A DNA stretch of 62,431 bases, counting the filler, from Dimargaris cristalligena (Eukaryota): assembly GCA_003614675.1 (NCBI GenBank). It is 9 parts of 9 records of this genome, joined end to end, with 100 filler letters (N's around TTAATTAATTAA, not from the genome) between each part and the next. Parts side by side here need not be neighbours in the genome. Positions count along the whole stretch, not along the records: positions 1 to 6,900 come from ML003473.1; positions 7,001 to 13,881 come from ML003474.1; 7 more parts are not named here. One strand, 5' to 3'. A program made the translations under genes and the position numbers. Each line of letters begins with the position of its first letter. Position 1 is the stretch's first letter. The notes beneath the pieces are model-generated. The model was not told the DNA's origin, ran no database searches, and saw nothing but the letters and a program-made list of their open reading frames with translations. Below, piece after piece: positions 1 through 11,016 of this stretch.

Positions 1-475
1 GGAAGCCTAAATGAAAAGATAAGTGAGATAATAGGGAAAGGGAGAGAAGGTCCCATAATATTGGATGACCTAAACAGAGGGAAAGGGGGAGGAGTTCCCA
101 GACAATCATATGAGTCATCACAAAGGATAAGTGATACTCGGATTACCGATAAATTCAATGTGAAACAATAGAAGAAAGAAAAGAAAGGGAAAAAGGGGAA
201 AAGCTATTTTTAGCTGTACTTCGAACAGGGGCACAGTCGGGCCAGGGGCAGTGTGAATGCAGGGGTGCAGTCCGGCCAGGGGCAGGGGTGCAGCTTAGTC
301 AAGGGTATATACTATACTAATAGAAAAATACTATACTAATAAAAATAGAGTAAAAATGACTATACTCATCAGGGGCAGGGGCAGGGGCTCATTCACTCGT
401 CAGGGGCATACTTCCGATAAGTGTGAAAAATGGCTAAAAAATCAAAGTAGGTAAAAATGTGGTAAGTTCACCACA
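1..475 (-). mobile_element. LTR family A (5' part of LTR, cut by contig start)
   Basis: Minus strand begins TGTGGTGAACTTACCACA at 475. Near-identical to 48505-48638 and 13827-13881. Bases 1-33 match 13793-13825, allowing a ~600 bp TGT...ACA element to be reconstructed. Confidence 0.75.
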
Positions 476-949
476 CCAGTACCTATGAGACTACTTAATC
501 CACGTCCTTAAGCATCCCAAAATATGTTAAGTTGGGCCTCTCTATCATGGCATTAATGAAACCTGTGAAGGACATTAAGTCTATCTTGCAGATCCCTAAT
601 CCTGATATATTGAAAGTGGAGTTGTCCAGCTCTACATATACTTCATTAATCTAAAATCTATTCAACATTCATGATTATTGGCGTAGGCTGGATGTATTTA
701 TCATAAATTTATAATACTAAGGGCATTATAAGTAAAAGGAAATAGAGACCAAATTAAGAGAAAACTATAAGAGAAATTGTGAAGAAAATAGAAGAGGCGA
801 ATTTGGTTCCACTAACGAGTAGAGCTGGCTAAATAGTGGGATGCACTGCTGCATCTAGGACCGAGCCAGAGATGGAATTATAAGTAGAGTAACCATCAGG
901 TACGCAGAACCCCGAGTACATTTCATAGATATTCGAAGGTCGGTCCGGT

Positions 950-2452
950 TTACTGTTGGCTGGATAGTTTTGGGTGGGGTATACCTTTACGAAGTTTGAT
1001 GAGGTGCAGCTGGTTGTTGAGAATGGCATTATCCGACCAAGGTAAATTATCCACGCTGATTCCATTTGTTTTGAGTAATGCCTCGGCGGTCGGGCGGCGA
1101 ACTTGGATGGCCAGTTCAGGATTACCATCGGAATTACGACGTAGATACACAGTTCCATCACCTAAAATCATAGGTAGAGCAAAAGGATGTAAAATACGCT
1201 CCTGAGGAGCACGTGCACACTTTTCCTCGGCTGTTTTAAATCCCAAAACACCGGCATAGCGACAATTCCAGTTGATTTTTTTAGCTATGGCATCCTCTTG
1301 ATCGGCGGGGTAAGTGGCAAACTCTAAAAGTAACATGGCCGGGTAGTTGAGCATTGGATAATAACTATCACTCGCCATGCCGCCCAATAATTCATGCAAC
1401 TTGTCATGTTGACGGGTAACGATGAGGGCCGCACTGATACTGGCCACAATTTGTCTTAGGGAATGATTTTGGATTTCCATATACCCTATGCCCTCGTCGT
1501 CTCCGATGATTAATTTGAGTAGTTTGTCGTCTCGATACAAGTTTTTAACGGCCTGGACCAGTGTTTTATCTTGAAATAGTTTTTTGACACTCGAGAAAAT
1601 ACTCATTATATTATCCACGGACAGTCTCGGCAATAAATGTAGTACGGGAAAAAGAACCAGCTGTTGAGCATCACTCAACTGTCCATAGTCCAGGTACGCC
1701 CACTCCGCTTTAATAGCTTTCAGTTTGGAGGGATTTAAGTTAAATTGCCGGTACTGTAGTTCAGCCTCATAGTCTGCCTCACTCCGATACTCCCTCCTTT
1801 TTTTATAAAGCCCACCACTATGCATCCAACCGATAGCCATGAGTGTATCTACCGGTTGCATTGGAAAAATTGTTTGTAGAGTGTTCAAGGTGAGCGGGGT
1901 ATCATTCGAACTTATTTGATTGACCTTCGCCCACTTTCCAACAATGGATAGTACGAGTTTGGAAGAAAATAGCATAATAAACTTAGGATTAGATAAGGGG
2001 AATTGGTCAGTGGCTAATACGAGAGTGACTGTCTATAAAGTTAAATATACAGAGATACCGAACATTTGCCTGTAATTCAGCGGAGAATCATAGTTCCTGC
2101 GGAATCGGCATAGACAGTAGCTAGATGAGGAATAGCGGGCATAGTGAATCGTTTCAGATAATGCCCGTGAACTTACTTTTAAATGTGCCTGACTTTCTGG
2201 GTGTTGGTTGATAGTAGTGTACAAACGCCTATCAACCTGGGACATTTGCACCAGACCTTCAGCTGGCAAGTGGCCTAGAATTTTATGGATAAGTTCCGGG
2301 GGAGTGGTGTTAAGTGGGCTAATTTTAGCTGGACGATTGCTGTCTTTCCCATCATCACTAATCACTTCTTCTTCCACGGGCTTGGGGTGACCGGTCACAG
2401 CATGAGCCAAAGTCAGGCCTAACAGAGTGATGGGAACAAGGTACGACTTCAT
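950..2452 (-). CDS. Secreted protein with N-terminal F-box-like motif (two exons: ~2452-2050 and ~1981-950)
   Basis: MKSYLVPITLLGLTLAHAVTG signal peptide at ATG 2452, then LNTTPPELIHKILGHLPAEGLVQMSQVDRRLYTTI (F-box consensus). A ~70 nt intron with CACTGAC branch site and AAG acceptor joins it to the 341-aa ORF; the exact donor is uncertain. TATA-like box near 2651. Confidence 0.75.
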
Positions 2453-2910
2453 TTTCAACGAGCGGAAGAAAGGGGCGGTGTGAGCGAGAGATTGAAAGCA
2501 GCTATAATAGAATGGCCAATGGTGAATCATCCCAAATGGCAAAGTATAGTTGGGGGAGACAAGTGTAAACGGCGTGGGCAGAAAGTGGTTAAAATCCAGT
2601 GAGTGGGGTTTGGATAGGGTATATTGAGGCAAAGGGGAATACCGCGAGGTTATATATTCGAGGCGGAGGTTGAAGAGGAAGTGGTGATGGGTAGAGACAC
2701 ATATCCACAGAGCAAAATATATGAGCGACTCACCTGTGGTGATATAGTGACCTAACGCACCTTACACATATATGTGGCTCCATTGGAAATATGATATACC
2801 AATATGTTAATAGCCTTTGCATTTCCCCTGCAAGAGGAAAAAGAGGGAAGTGACATAAGCGTGGAACATGAATTATCCAGCTGACCTATTGGGCCGGGTA
2901 TACGACTTCA

Positions 2911-3056
2911 TTTAGGTGAAATGTGGACCAGCTGTATGAGGTTTTACAGGGTATATGCTTAGGGGAATAGGCAGGAGACTCACTTTGGACCAGTTATATT
3001 TACCTCATCCAACTATGTATTTTCCGTTATAGAGTCTGGTCAAACTCCTCCCCATA
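2911..3056 (+). mobile_element. MITE family D, diverged copy
   Basis: Similar along its length to 43778-43919 and 44478-44619; ends CCCATA. Confidence 0.65.
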
Positions 3057-4394
3057 TATTAATAAGTCGAGAGGAGTATTCCTGGAAGTCACGGCCCAGG
3101 TAAGATTATAGGCTATTCAACGAGGTCTCCCCCATTGGGAATTTATTTACCCAACACCTACCTATTTGACTACACCAATGAACTGGTGGCACAATCACTA
3201 CCATAGAACCAGCCGCTACCAAGAGGACCAGACCACATATCTTTCAAATGATTGGCAAGTGCACCAAAAATATGACAAAGAAAGGGACCAGTTAATGGAT
3301 GGGATGGTCCCTGGCCAAAGCTTCAAAGCCTCAATTCACCGTAGCCTTCTATAGTTACACATAAGTATCACTTGGTCACCTTTTCAAGCTAAAATATTAT
3401 ATATAATGTGGCTTGGTGTACAGAAAAAAATTCATCAATGCTATTTTTGGGGGAGAGGGGAGGATACCTTCCCTCGTTCTCCCAACCAACTCCCTAATAC
3501 ATTTCAGGGAGGCAACCAAGTGCCCTTATCTTATTTTCCCCCAGAACTAATAGCTTTAAGTGTGACCAATTCTCTCTGTTTGTCCTTTTGAGTATATTGG
3601 TGTACCGGGAATGGGCAATTCCCCAAATTCCCCAGGAGGGAATACAGTCCTTACCCTTGAAATATAGCTCTAATATTTATTATACCCCCCTCTCTATCTA
3701 TACACTATACCTACCATTTTGCATTGGCGCCTTGACTCCATTGACCACTGTATCTGGCCTAAGCCACTCAATATGGGTGGGCCCCAGATTTGAGCTAAGC
3801 TAGGCTCCCTCAACTCCCTGTTGACTGGAGAATTGGGCTTATTGATACCAACAGGCAGTTATGGTGCTTCATTGCACAGTAGTTTCATGTACTTGTGCCT
3901 TATGGTAGCTACATGGACAGAGTCCACTAATTGTACTAGTAGTCAAATTACCTAGGTAGAACTATCTACCTGGCCAGTAACCAAGTTAGTATAATGACCA
4001 GCTGGATGGGGAGATTTAACCCTTTTCGGTCTTATCAAAACTAAGTGCTCCCACTTCCCCCTAGTTCTGGGAGGTTCCTTCTTTTAGTATCCCTATATGA
4101 TAAACTACTCATACACTTTTCCCATTTGGCCCCAATTAGCCCATAATAAAGGAATGCAATGGCATTCAGTTGAAGGACGAATAGAAATGGCCACTTTCCC
4201 CTCTCTGAGGAGTTTTACCATCCTGTTCACAGGAGAGGACTTTATAGACTTGGGTTTAAAACCCATTGTGCTAATAGAGGTTGAAGTATACTAATTTGAT
4301 GTGAAAATGAGAATATAATCTTCCTCCTCTTTATATTTCTTCCTACTAACTAACCCAATTTAACCTCATTTATTTTAAAATAAAATATATTATC

Positions 4395-4977
4395 TGTTGG
4401 TCCTCCTAATCTAACTTAATCTGGACCCAATGATTGCCTTCCTATATTAGACCTTATTATACTATATTAACCCTCCTATAGTCACCCCCGGTACTATGGG
4501 TTCCTCATTTATCACCTAACCCTTCTTCTTTCTGACTCCAGCCCTTCACACTAATCACTTAACAGGCTGATCCAAAGACTCTTCCAGTTCCTATAAGAGT
4601 CTTCCTGATACGAAGCCACCTGGATACCTATTTACCTATACCTTAGTTTAGTAACACCTTCCCTTGGGGGCCTCCCTTTGGAGTTATCCCCACATATATA
4701 TAACCAGGCCCCTTTGGGACTAGTTAGATTCCTCAGCTTATTATTACCCCCTAGTTTACCCAATAAACTCTATATATACTCACCTCCTGTGTACTGACCA
4801 GTAAGTGTGCCTACTACATATCCCTTACATCAATCCAGTCACCTAAACCTTTATTAGTTAGTACTATACCCCATACCTGACGCTAGTAGCCCACTTGGCT
4901 AAGTCTAAGCCCCGCCTACCATTAGAAGCCTATCCTCAGGACTCTTGATGGACTAAGAGTGGTTAACCTGGGTGATA
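4395..4977. mobile_element. Solo LTR family B (~580 bp)
   Basis: Homologous to four other copies. Ends TGTTGG...GGTGATA (decayed CA). Flanks TTATC/CTATT fit a CTATC TSD altered by C>T changes. Confidence 0.8.
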
Positions 4978-5319
4978 CTATTTAGTCCAATCCTTATTAT
5001 TTGATATACTAATAATAATTTTATATACCTCATAATATATCTAATATTATTATTCATTTCCAATAGTTAGTATATATTCACATAATACATGGCCTTTAAA
5101 ACAAGTGTCACTCTTATTGAGGCTGAATGTAATGCTACACTAAAATAAACCTAATGGCCTTATATCTTTACCAACTGCTGTAGTGATAGCCTCTTTGGGA
5201 AAGAGTATCTGAGTACGAAATCTTACTCGCGGGGATCATTACTGTCAAGCTTGTAGGCGGGGACAAACCAGGTAGCTGGGTATCACTTGAGTAAAAATAC
5301 GAAAAATTTATCAGTTGCA

Positions 5320-5510
5320 CTGTATAGAAGGTAAGAAAGTGGATGGCGGGCGGTAGGTGCCTATAAGTGGTTAGTTTTACTGAATAGTGTAATCAGCATG
5401 GGGAATTTCAAATAGTTAATATGAAGGGGCATAGAATAACCGAATAAACTAGCGAAATTGGTCAGAAACAGGATAAAATAATAGACCCATCGGGATATAT
5501 TTTTTAACAA
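5320..5510 (+). repeat. Dispersed repeat family E, copy 1
   Basis: Colinear similarity to ~14945-15135 (ACTGTATA..AAGAAAGT..GGTGCCT..AATAGTGTA.TCAGCA..GGTCA..AATAGA.CCAT). Confidence 0.55.
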
Positions 5511-5638
5511 TATGGGGTAGGTTCAACCAAACTATATGGTGAAAAATTCATTGGATAGTGCAAATATTACTGGATAAAAATGAATGTCTCATAATTTTCA
5601 TTTAAACCCTTATGCAGCTAGACCAAATTTCAACCATA
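5511..5638 (-). mobile_element. MITE family D, inverted copy
   Basis: TATGGG...CCATA ends; reverse complement resembles 43778-43919. Confidence 0.65.
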
Positions 5639-5753
5639 TGGAATTTCATCATATTTAAATAATTAGAGGGTATCCACCAATGCACATCCACAAATATCGG
5701 TTTTTATTGTCAAGTCTTGCGATCAAATGTTCAAAGCCATCGCAAATGATGAA

Positions 5754-6900
5754 TTATGATCCGCGATGAATTTTCATATGAATAGGAACATATCTTTTCC
5801 GCGAAAATGTTTTTTGGCAGATCGGGCAAGCATATAGCTTCTCCCCGGTGTGTGTTAGCTTGTGCTCATTGAGGGATGTTTCCTGTGAAAAGGAGTTATT
5901 GCAATCGTTGCAGGTAAAAGGTTTCTCCTTGGTGTGGGTTCTGATGTGAGCAGTAAGGGTATTTTTCTGTGCAAATGATTTAGTGCAAAGCTGGCAGGCA
6001 TACGGCTTCTCCGCGGTATGTGTCCGGACATGCCCATTGAGAGTTCCAGTCCGCGCAAATGATTGCGGGCAATATGGACAGGTAAATGGCTTCTCTCCGG
6101 TGTGTTTTCGCATATGGTCCTTGAGATTGCTTTTGCGTGAAAATGTTTGGCTGCAATCACTGCAGCGAAAAGGCTTCTTGCCTGCATGGGTTTGAATGTG
6201 ACTCTTTAGCTGACTGGATGTTGAAAACGCTATTTGGCAGTTGTCGCAGGAAAAAGGCTTCTCCCCGGTGTGCGTTCGCATGTGGACATTGAGACCGCTT
6301 TGCTCAGTAAACGGTTTGTCGCACTCACTGCAACGATAAGGCTTCACCCCAGTGTGGCTTCGGATGTGTCTTTTTAGATCACTGGAATTTGTAAATGGTT
6401 TCTCACAATACTCGCAGCGATGAATTTTCTCACCAGTATGTAGTCGCGTATGCATCTCGAGGGTTTGGGGATGATAATACACCTTGTCGCAAATTTCACA
6501 GGGGTAACGCTTTGCTTCGATTAGGGATTCGGCACCTTTTCTGGGTCGTTTCGGGGCCGTGGTTGAGCTTTCGCATTCATCACTGGCACCTAGCTTCTTC
6601 TTGTTGGCCAATACTGATTGATTGTCATGACAAACGGGTTCCGCCGGTTCGGGCTGTTGATGAAGACGGCCGTCGGGATTTGATTCTACCTCACTACCTG
6701 TATTAATTGTATCGTTGATATCACCCTCTAGAAGGGGAAGGCTCCTCATTGGCATGGGTTGGTTGTTGAGATTAGTAGAGTCAAGGACAGCCTCTATTTG
6801 GTCGATACCCGTGTTTGTGTTGTCTGAACTGAGCGATAGGTCATCGGGATAGTTGATATAGTCGTCGAAGTTGAATTCGGGATCGTACTCTTCAGAGGCA
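5754..6900 (-). CDS. Poly-C2H2 zinc-finger protein with nine tandem fingers, 5'-truncated by contig end
   Basis: Nine CxxC-x12-HxxxH units with TGEKP-type linkers. The frame stays open from 6755 to the contig edge (ASEEYDPEFNFDDYINYPDD...). Basic NLS-like PKRPRK precedes the array. Confidence 0.95.
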
Positions 6901-7000
6901 NNNNNNNNNNNNNNNNNNNNNNNNNNNNNNNNNNNNNNNNNNNNTTAATTAATTAANNNNNNNNNNNNNNNNNNNNNNNNNNNNNNNNNNNNNNNNNNNN
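6901..7000. other. Artificial contig-joining linker (also 13882-13981, 20858-20957, 27817-27916, 34772-34871, 41712-41811, 48639-48738, 55543-55642)
   Basis: Identical N-TTAATTAATTAA-N 100-mers (stops in all six frames). Segment lengths fall monotonically: 6900, 6881, 6876, 6859, 6855, 6840, 6827, 6804. Confidence 0.98.
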
Positions 7001-9453
7001 AGACTGCTCCAGTTGGCCCTAATAAGGTTATCAGGCTATATTACCTTGTGGTATTAATTGCGACCACAACAGTAGCAAGGTATGGGTCCGAGGAATACGT
7101 GTATTAAAAAAATCACAGACTCATAAATAGAAGAGAGTCGATTTGATACTGGGAAGGTATTCGGCAGCGGAGTGTGGCCCTAATATACTGATACCTTGTC
7201 CCAAACACCACCTATATATTGCCTCTAAGAAAAGCTGGTACAGACATTCTTCCGGCTGAATGTGGGCCATGCCACGTAGACTGGTGTATAACTTCCATTG
7301 ATAGTATTTCTTCAAAACAAATGTGTGAAATCATTACCAGGTGCGCATCTCAATCAAGTACATTCCCATCTAATAGCCCGTATCTTTCCCCATACACTCA
7401 TTCAACGCAGTCTGTCACCCCATTCAGCCAACAAATGCTTCAAGACACTGCTCTCCCGTAGGTAAGTAAACCAATATCTCGAAGAGTAAGTTACCGACTT
7501 GACTCATACTGTGCTCATTTACGGCATTTTAAATAACTATTACTATATAGCCCACTTTGCCTTTGAAAAGGTTCGATAACAGGCTATACTTTCCACCCGT
7601 CGATGAGGGAAGATGCACGAGAGGGTTAAAGTATGGGTTAAATATACCATGCGGCTGCGAACGGCCGGTCTATGGGGGGTTTATGAAGCTGCAAATGGAC
7701 AGTTAATGCGGGGCTTGCGACGTTGCGGCAGTATGCCATACCGATGGAATAGTTATAGGTTTAGCCCGAAGGCGAAATGAAAAGATTCGTCAATTTACGA
7801 ATCATCCCAAGATGACTGCGATGTTTGCAGTCGGATAATCTCACGGGACCTGGTAGTGTGGCAGTCAGGCTGAATGAAACCTGATACGCCAAGGGACGGC
7901 AAGCCGTCCACCGAAATCACGATTCCCGGTCAGAAAATGGTTACATTTGTATTTTGCATTCGGCAGAATACATCGATGAGAAGGTAATTATTAGAGTGGT
8001 GACCATAACAATGATTTCATCGACCAGAATTCACCTGCGGTACTATTTGAATACTGTCCATGTTGTCCTCATTCAATTTCTTTCCCAGGGCACGGTGTGG
8101 TGTCGCTATATTTTTACGGTCGAATAAATCAGTAGACATTGGTGCCCCACTGCGTTTATTTTGTCTTTTTATAAGCATTTCGCTATAGTCTCGACAATAC
8201 GGCGGCCAATGAAGTGATTTATTATTAAATAAATATTGGCGATTGATATGATTTAGTCCCACTGGAATGCAATGGAAGGCAGGTAGGATATTCCTTTTGG
8301 GATTGTTACCGCGCTTAATGCAAATGACATAGTCCTAGGAGGAATATTTGGAAGCATTTTCAACCCATTAGTTATTTCAATTGATCAGGATTTACTCTTC
8401 AACGTCGGAAATTCCTCCACATAGTAAAAAATAGGCTAACTGACACCATTTCCAGAACGGCATGCCTCACATGGCCCTTCTGTACGTTCCTACCCAACCG
8501 CCTTTCCTGGCCATTTTTTCTATTACCCGGGTTTAAACTGCTAGTACCCAACGCCCGGATAGGGTCCCAGTTCCGCCTATATCGTATAAACATAGTGTAG
8601 ACTATACCACAGTTGCAATTCGCTGGAACTTCTATGTGACCTAATTGAGAGGCATTACATGTGTTTTCCCTGAATATCTTTACTAGCAATTACAATCACT
8701 ACATCTTTATTTCTATGTTGGCAATAGCTTAGGCGGATCGGCCCTTCGCAATGACCTCCTTTATATATATATGTTTTATCTATAGGCCGAGGCCAGACTC
8801 CAATCTAGCTATTTTGCCTTGTATGACCTATCGGCATGAATATATAGTTGGGGGGTGCATAGAGTCTAAGAGCAATATCTGGCTCCAAATATCAATATGC
8901 ATTTACTATCACTCCCCACTAGACAGTGCCGTTATAATGGATCCTCATCCTAGTTTTTAACTATGTTTTCCGCGAACAAAAGTATAGCATCAGCTTATAG
9001 GGCATGACAAAATCCATTATATATTAGTTTCACCTAAAGGACAAGTCCACCCTTTCCCTCAGTAACAATAATAATCCAAAATGCCAAATTTATACTTGGG
9101 GATATAAAAACATAGCAGAAGTGTTGATAGTACAAACATAACTAAACCAATAGTAAATCTATATAATGGTTGAAAGGCACGATGCATCGATATGAAGTAC
9201 AATGCGGTACTAGCCTTAAAGCTTTGATTAGTGGCGAGGGAAAGGGGCGTAAAGATGCCCTTGTGATTCGACTTGGGTCACCAAAAATAAGTTAGTTTAG
9301 AGAACCTATATATATTTTAGGACCCCCCGGTCTACTAGTCTGGCTTTTGGAGGTTGTGAAAATGGCAGCAAAGTACGCAGAAACAAAACAATGATCAAAT
9401 ATTACCAGTATGGAATATCCAAAGTGGTCAAAAATCGATGGAGACTTGCGGAA

Positions 9454-11016
9454 TTATACATGGACCATTATGTCGCCGTTGGTCTTGAGGAATTTGTTAA
9501 AAACATCCTCCATGAGTAACTGAGACACTTCGTCCTTGGCGGGATCAAACATGGTCCAAGAGAACTGCTCACGTTCCACGAGGGTTCGCAGGTAAAGCAG
9601 GGTTTTGCCACTGATGTTCACCTCCCAAATCGACCCATCGGCAAAGTACCGCTCGTAGAAGCAATAGTAATCAATCGCTAGCTCGGAGGGCACCGTTTGA
9701 CTAGTCTGCTCGTCCAGATCGCTGGCGATAGTCTCGGGTAAGGGGGACACCCGATTGCCAGCGTGGAGGGATTCCATCGATTCAACGTCGTTGAGGGAAA
9801 CGGACTCGCCTTCCTTATCGGGGACCGTATTCTTGGTAACAAACCACCGGTTAAAAGGGGACTGCGGGGGATTGCTGTACGGGTCTACTTCCGTTTCGTC
9901 CCCTATGGAACTTCCCGGTTCGTCCGTCAAATCCCGAAGATGAGTCATTTTGATGGGTTTTTCCGAGTTCATAAACTCGACCGACTTGGCCTTGAGTCGC
10001 TGGTAATCAGACAAGAAGAAGGGTAACTCGGCGCAGAAGTTGTTCTCACAGAATTTACAGAAGAGAGACAGTAGTTCGGGGTCGTTCATCACCCGGAAGA
10101 AAGTGGCGGGCGAGTGGAGGGCCTGGTTGTTCGAGTAATGGTGCTCCCGTTGGGCCCGCAACCAGGGAATGAATACTGCGGAGAATTGAATCACCAATAC
10201 GCTGACAGCTGGAAAGAACACGGGGGTGATGGGGTAACTGATATCCTTGGGCGCAAGCATCAGGGCTAAATAAGGAATATCGAGCACAATACTACTAACG
10301 CATGTAATAATTAAATTATTCCGCATCTGATACGCATCCTTAATATTGCGAAGGCAATAGATTAGGTAGGGGAACACGATAAACCCATAGGTGACCGCAA
10401 TAACAATAAGGGGATAGCTTTCCCAGTCCAGGCCACACTCGGCCTTGTGGGCCATAAACGAGTACTCGTTCGATACGAATAGGGGAATGATCGCGAAGAT
10501 GATAATGGGCGACGAGACGATGAACATGTAAAGGATGAGCCGCCGGTCGTCGTTGAAGATACGGACCAGGCCGGGATGCTTCTCCCAAAAGGACACCGGC
10601 CCATCAGGATGTAGTAAGCGGCCAACCTTAGTGGAAGCGGATCGGGCCATGGCAATTAATCGTATGGACCGGGTCAGGATGGCGGTATGGACAAAGTAGA
10701 AGCCGAAATAGGAGCCTATATGGGAGAGGAAGCATGGGAACCCTTCCACACTGCGCAGGAAGTAGAGTGTACATGTTACCAGGGCGGCTATGCTCGTTAG
10801 GACGGTTAAGGGTACCGAACGGCGCTGGAGTTCGCGACTCGTGGAGCTCCGGTGGTAGAATAAAGCGGTCGTCGCGATGATAAAGACAGAGGCGACAATG
10901 GTCAGAGATATATAAATGTATAGTTTAAGGTGCGGTGGGTGACTCGAGTCCGTATCCTGTCGCCGCACCAGATCGAGGCTTGCGGCAAAAGCTGCCGTAT
11001 GGAGGAGGAACGGCAT
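9454..11016 (-). CDS. Seven-transmembrane receptor-like protein fused to a C-terminal RGS domain (GprK/AtRGS1-like architecture)
   Basis: About seven hydrophobic helices, then RGS segments FFRVMNDPELLSLFCKFCENNFCAE...FYERYFADGSIWEVNIS...FDPAKDEVSQLLMEDVFNKF split by an acidic insert. Intronless. Confidence 0.88.
   Translation of the reverse strand: MPFLLHTAAFAASLDLVRRQDTDSSHPPHLKLYIYISLTIVASVFIIATTALFYHRSSTSRELQRRSVPLTVLTSIAALVTCTLYFLRSVEGFPCFLSHIGSYFGFYFVHTAILTRSIRLIAMARSASTKVGRLLHPDGPVSFWEKHPGLVRIFNDDRRLILYMFIVSSPIIIFAIIPLFVSNEYSFMAHKAECGLDWESYPLIVIAVTYGFIVFPYLIYCLRNIKDAYQMRNNLIITCVSSIVLDIPYLALMLAPKDISYPITPVFFPAVSVLVIQFSAVFIPWLRAQREHHYSNNQALHSPATFFRVMNDPELLSLFCKFCENNFCAELPFFLSDYQRLKAKSVEFMNSEKPIKMTHLRDLTDEPGSSIGDETEVDPYSNPPQSPFNRWFVTKNTVPDKEGESVSLNDVESMESLHAGNRVSPLPETIASDLDEQTSQTVPSELAIDYYCFYERYFADGSIWEVNISGKTLLYLRTLVEREQFSWTMFDPAKDEVSQLLMEDVFNKFLKTNGDIMVHV

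Noticed and set aside
3100-4300. CpG-poor decayed sequence, possibly retroelement interior (also ~13030-13660, ~40090-40650, ~42950-43700)
   Set aside because: No gag, RT, integrase or transposase motif could be read.
6901-7000. Regularly spaced TTAATTAATTAA motif, and any gene clustering across it
   Set aside because: Artificial linker between unrelated contigs. ORF-track entries running into Ns (18893-20905, 48683-50914) have false ends.
7881-7920. Hammerhead-like CTGATAC...GGACGGCAAGCCGTCC...GAAA
   Set aside because: Core is not CUGANGA and stems I/III are not evident; only a 6-bp hairpin.
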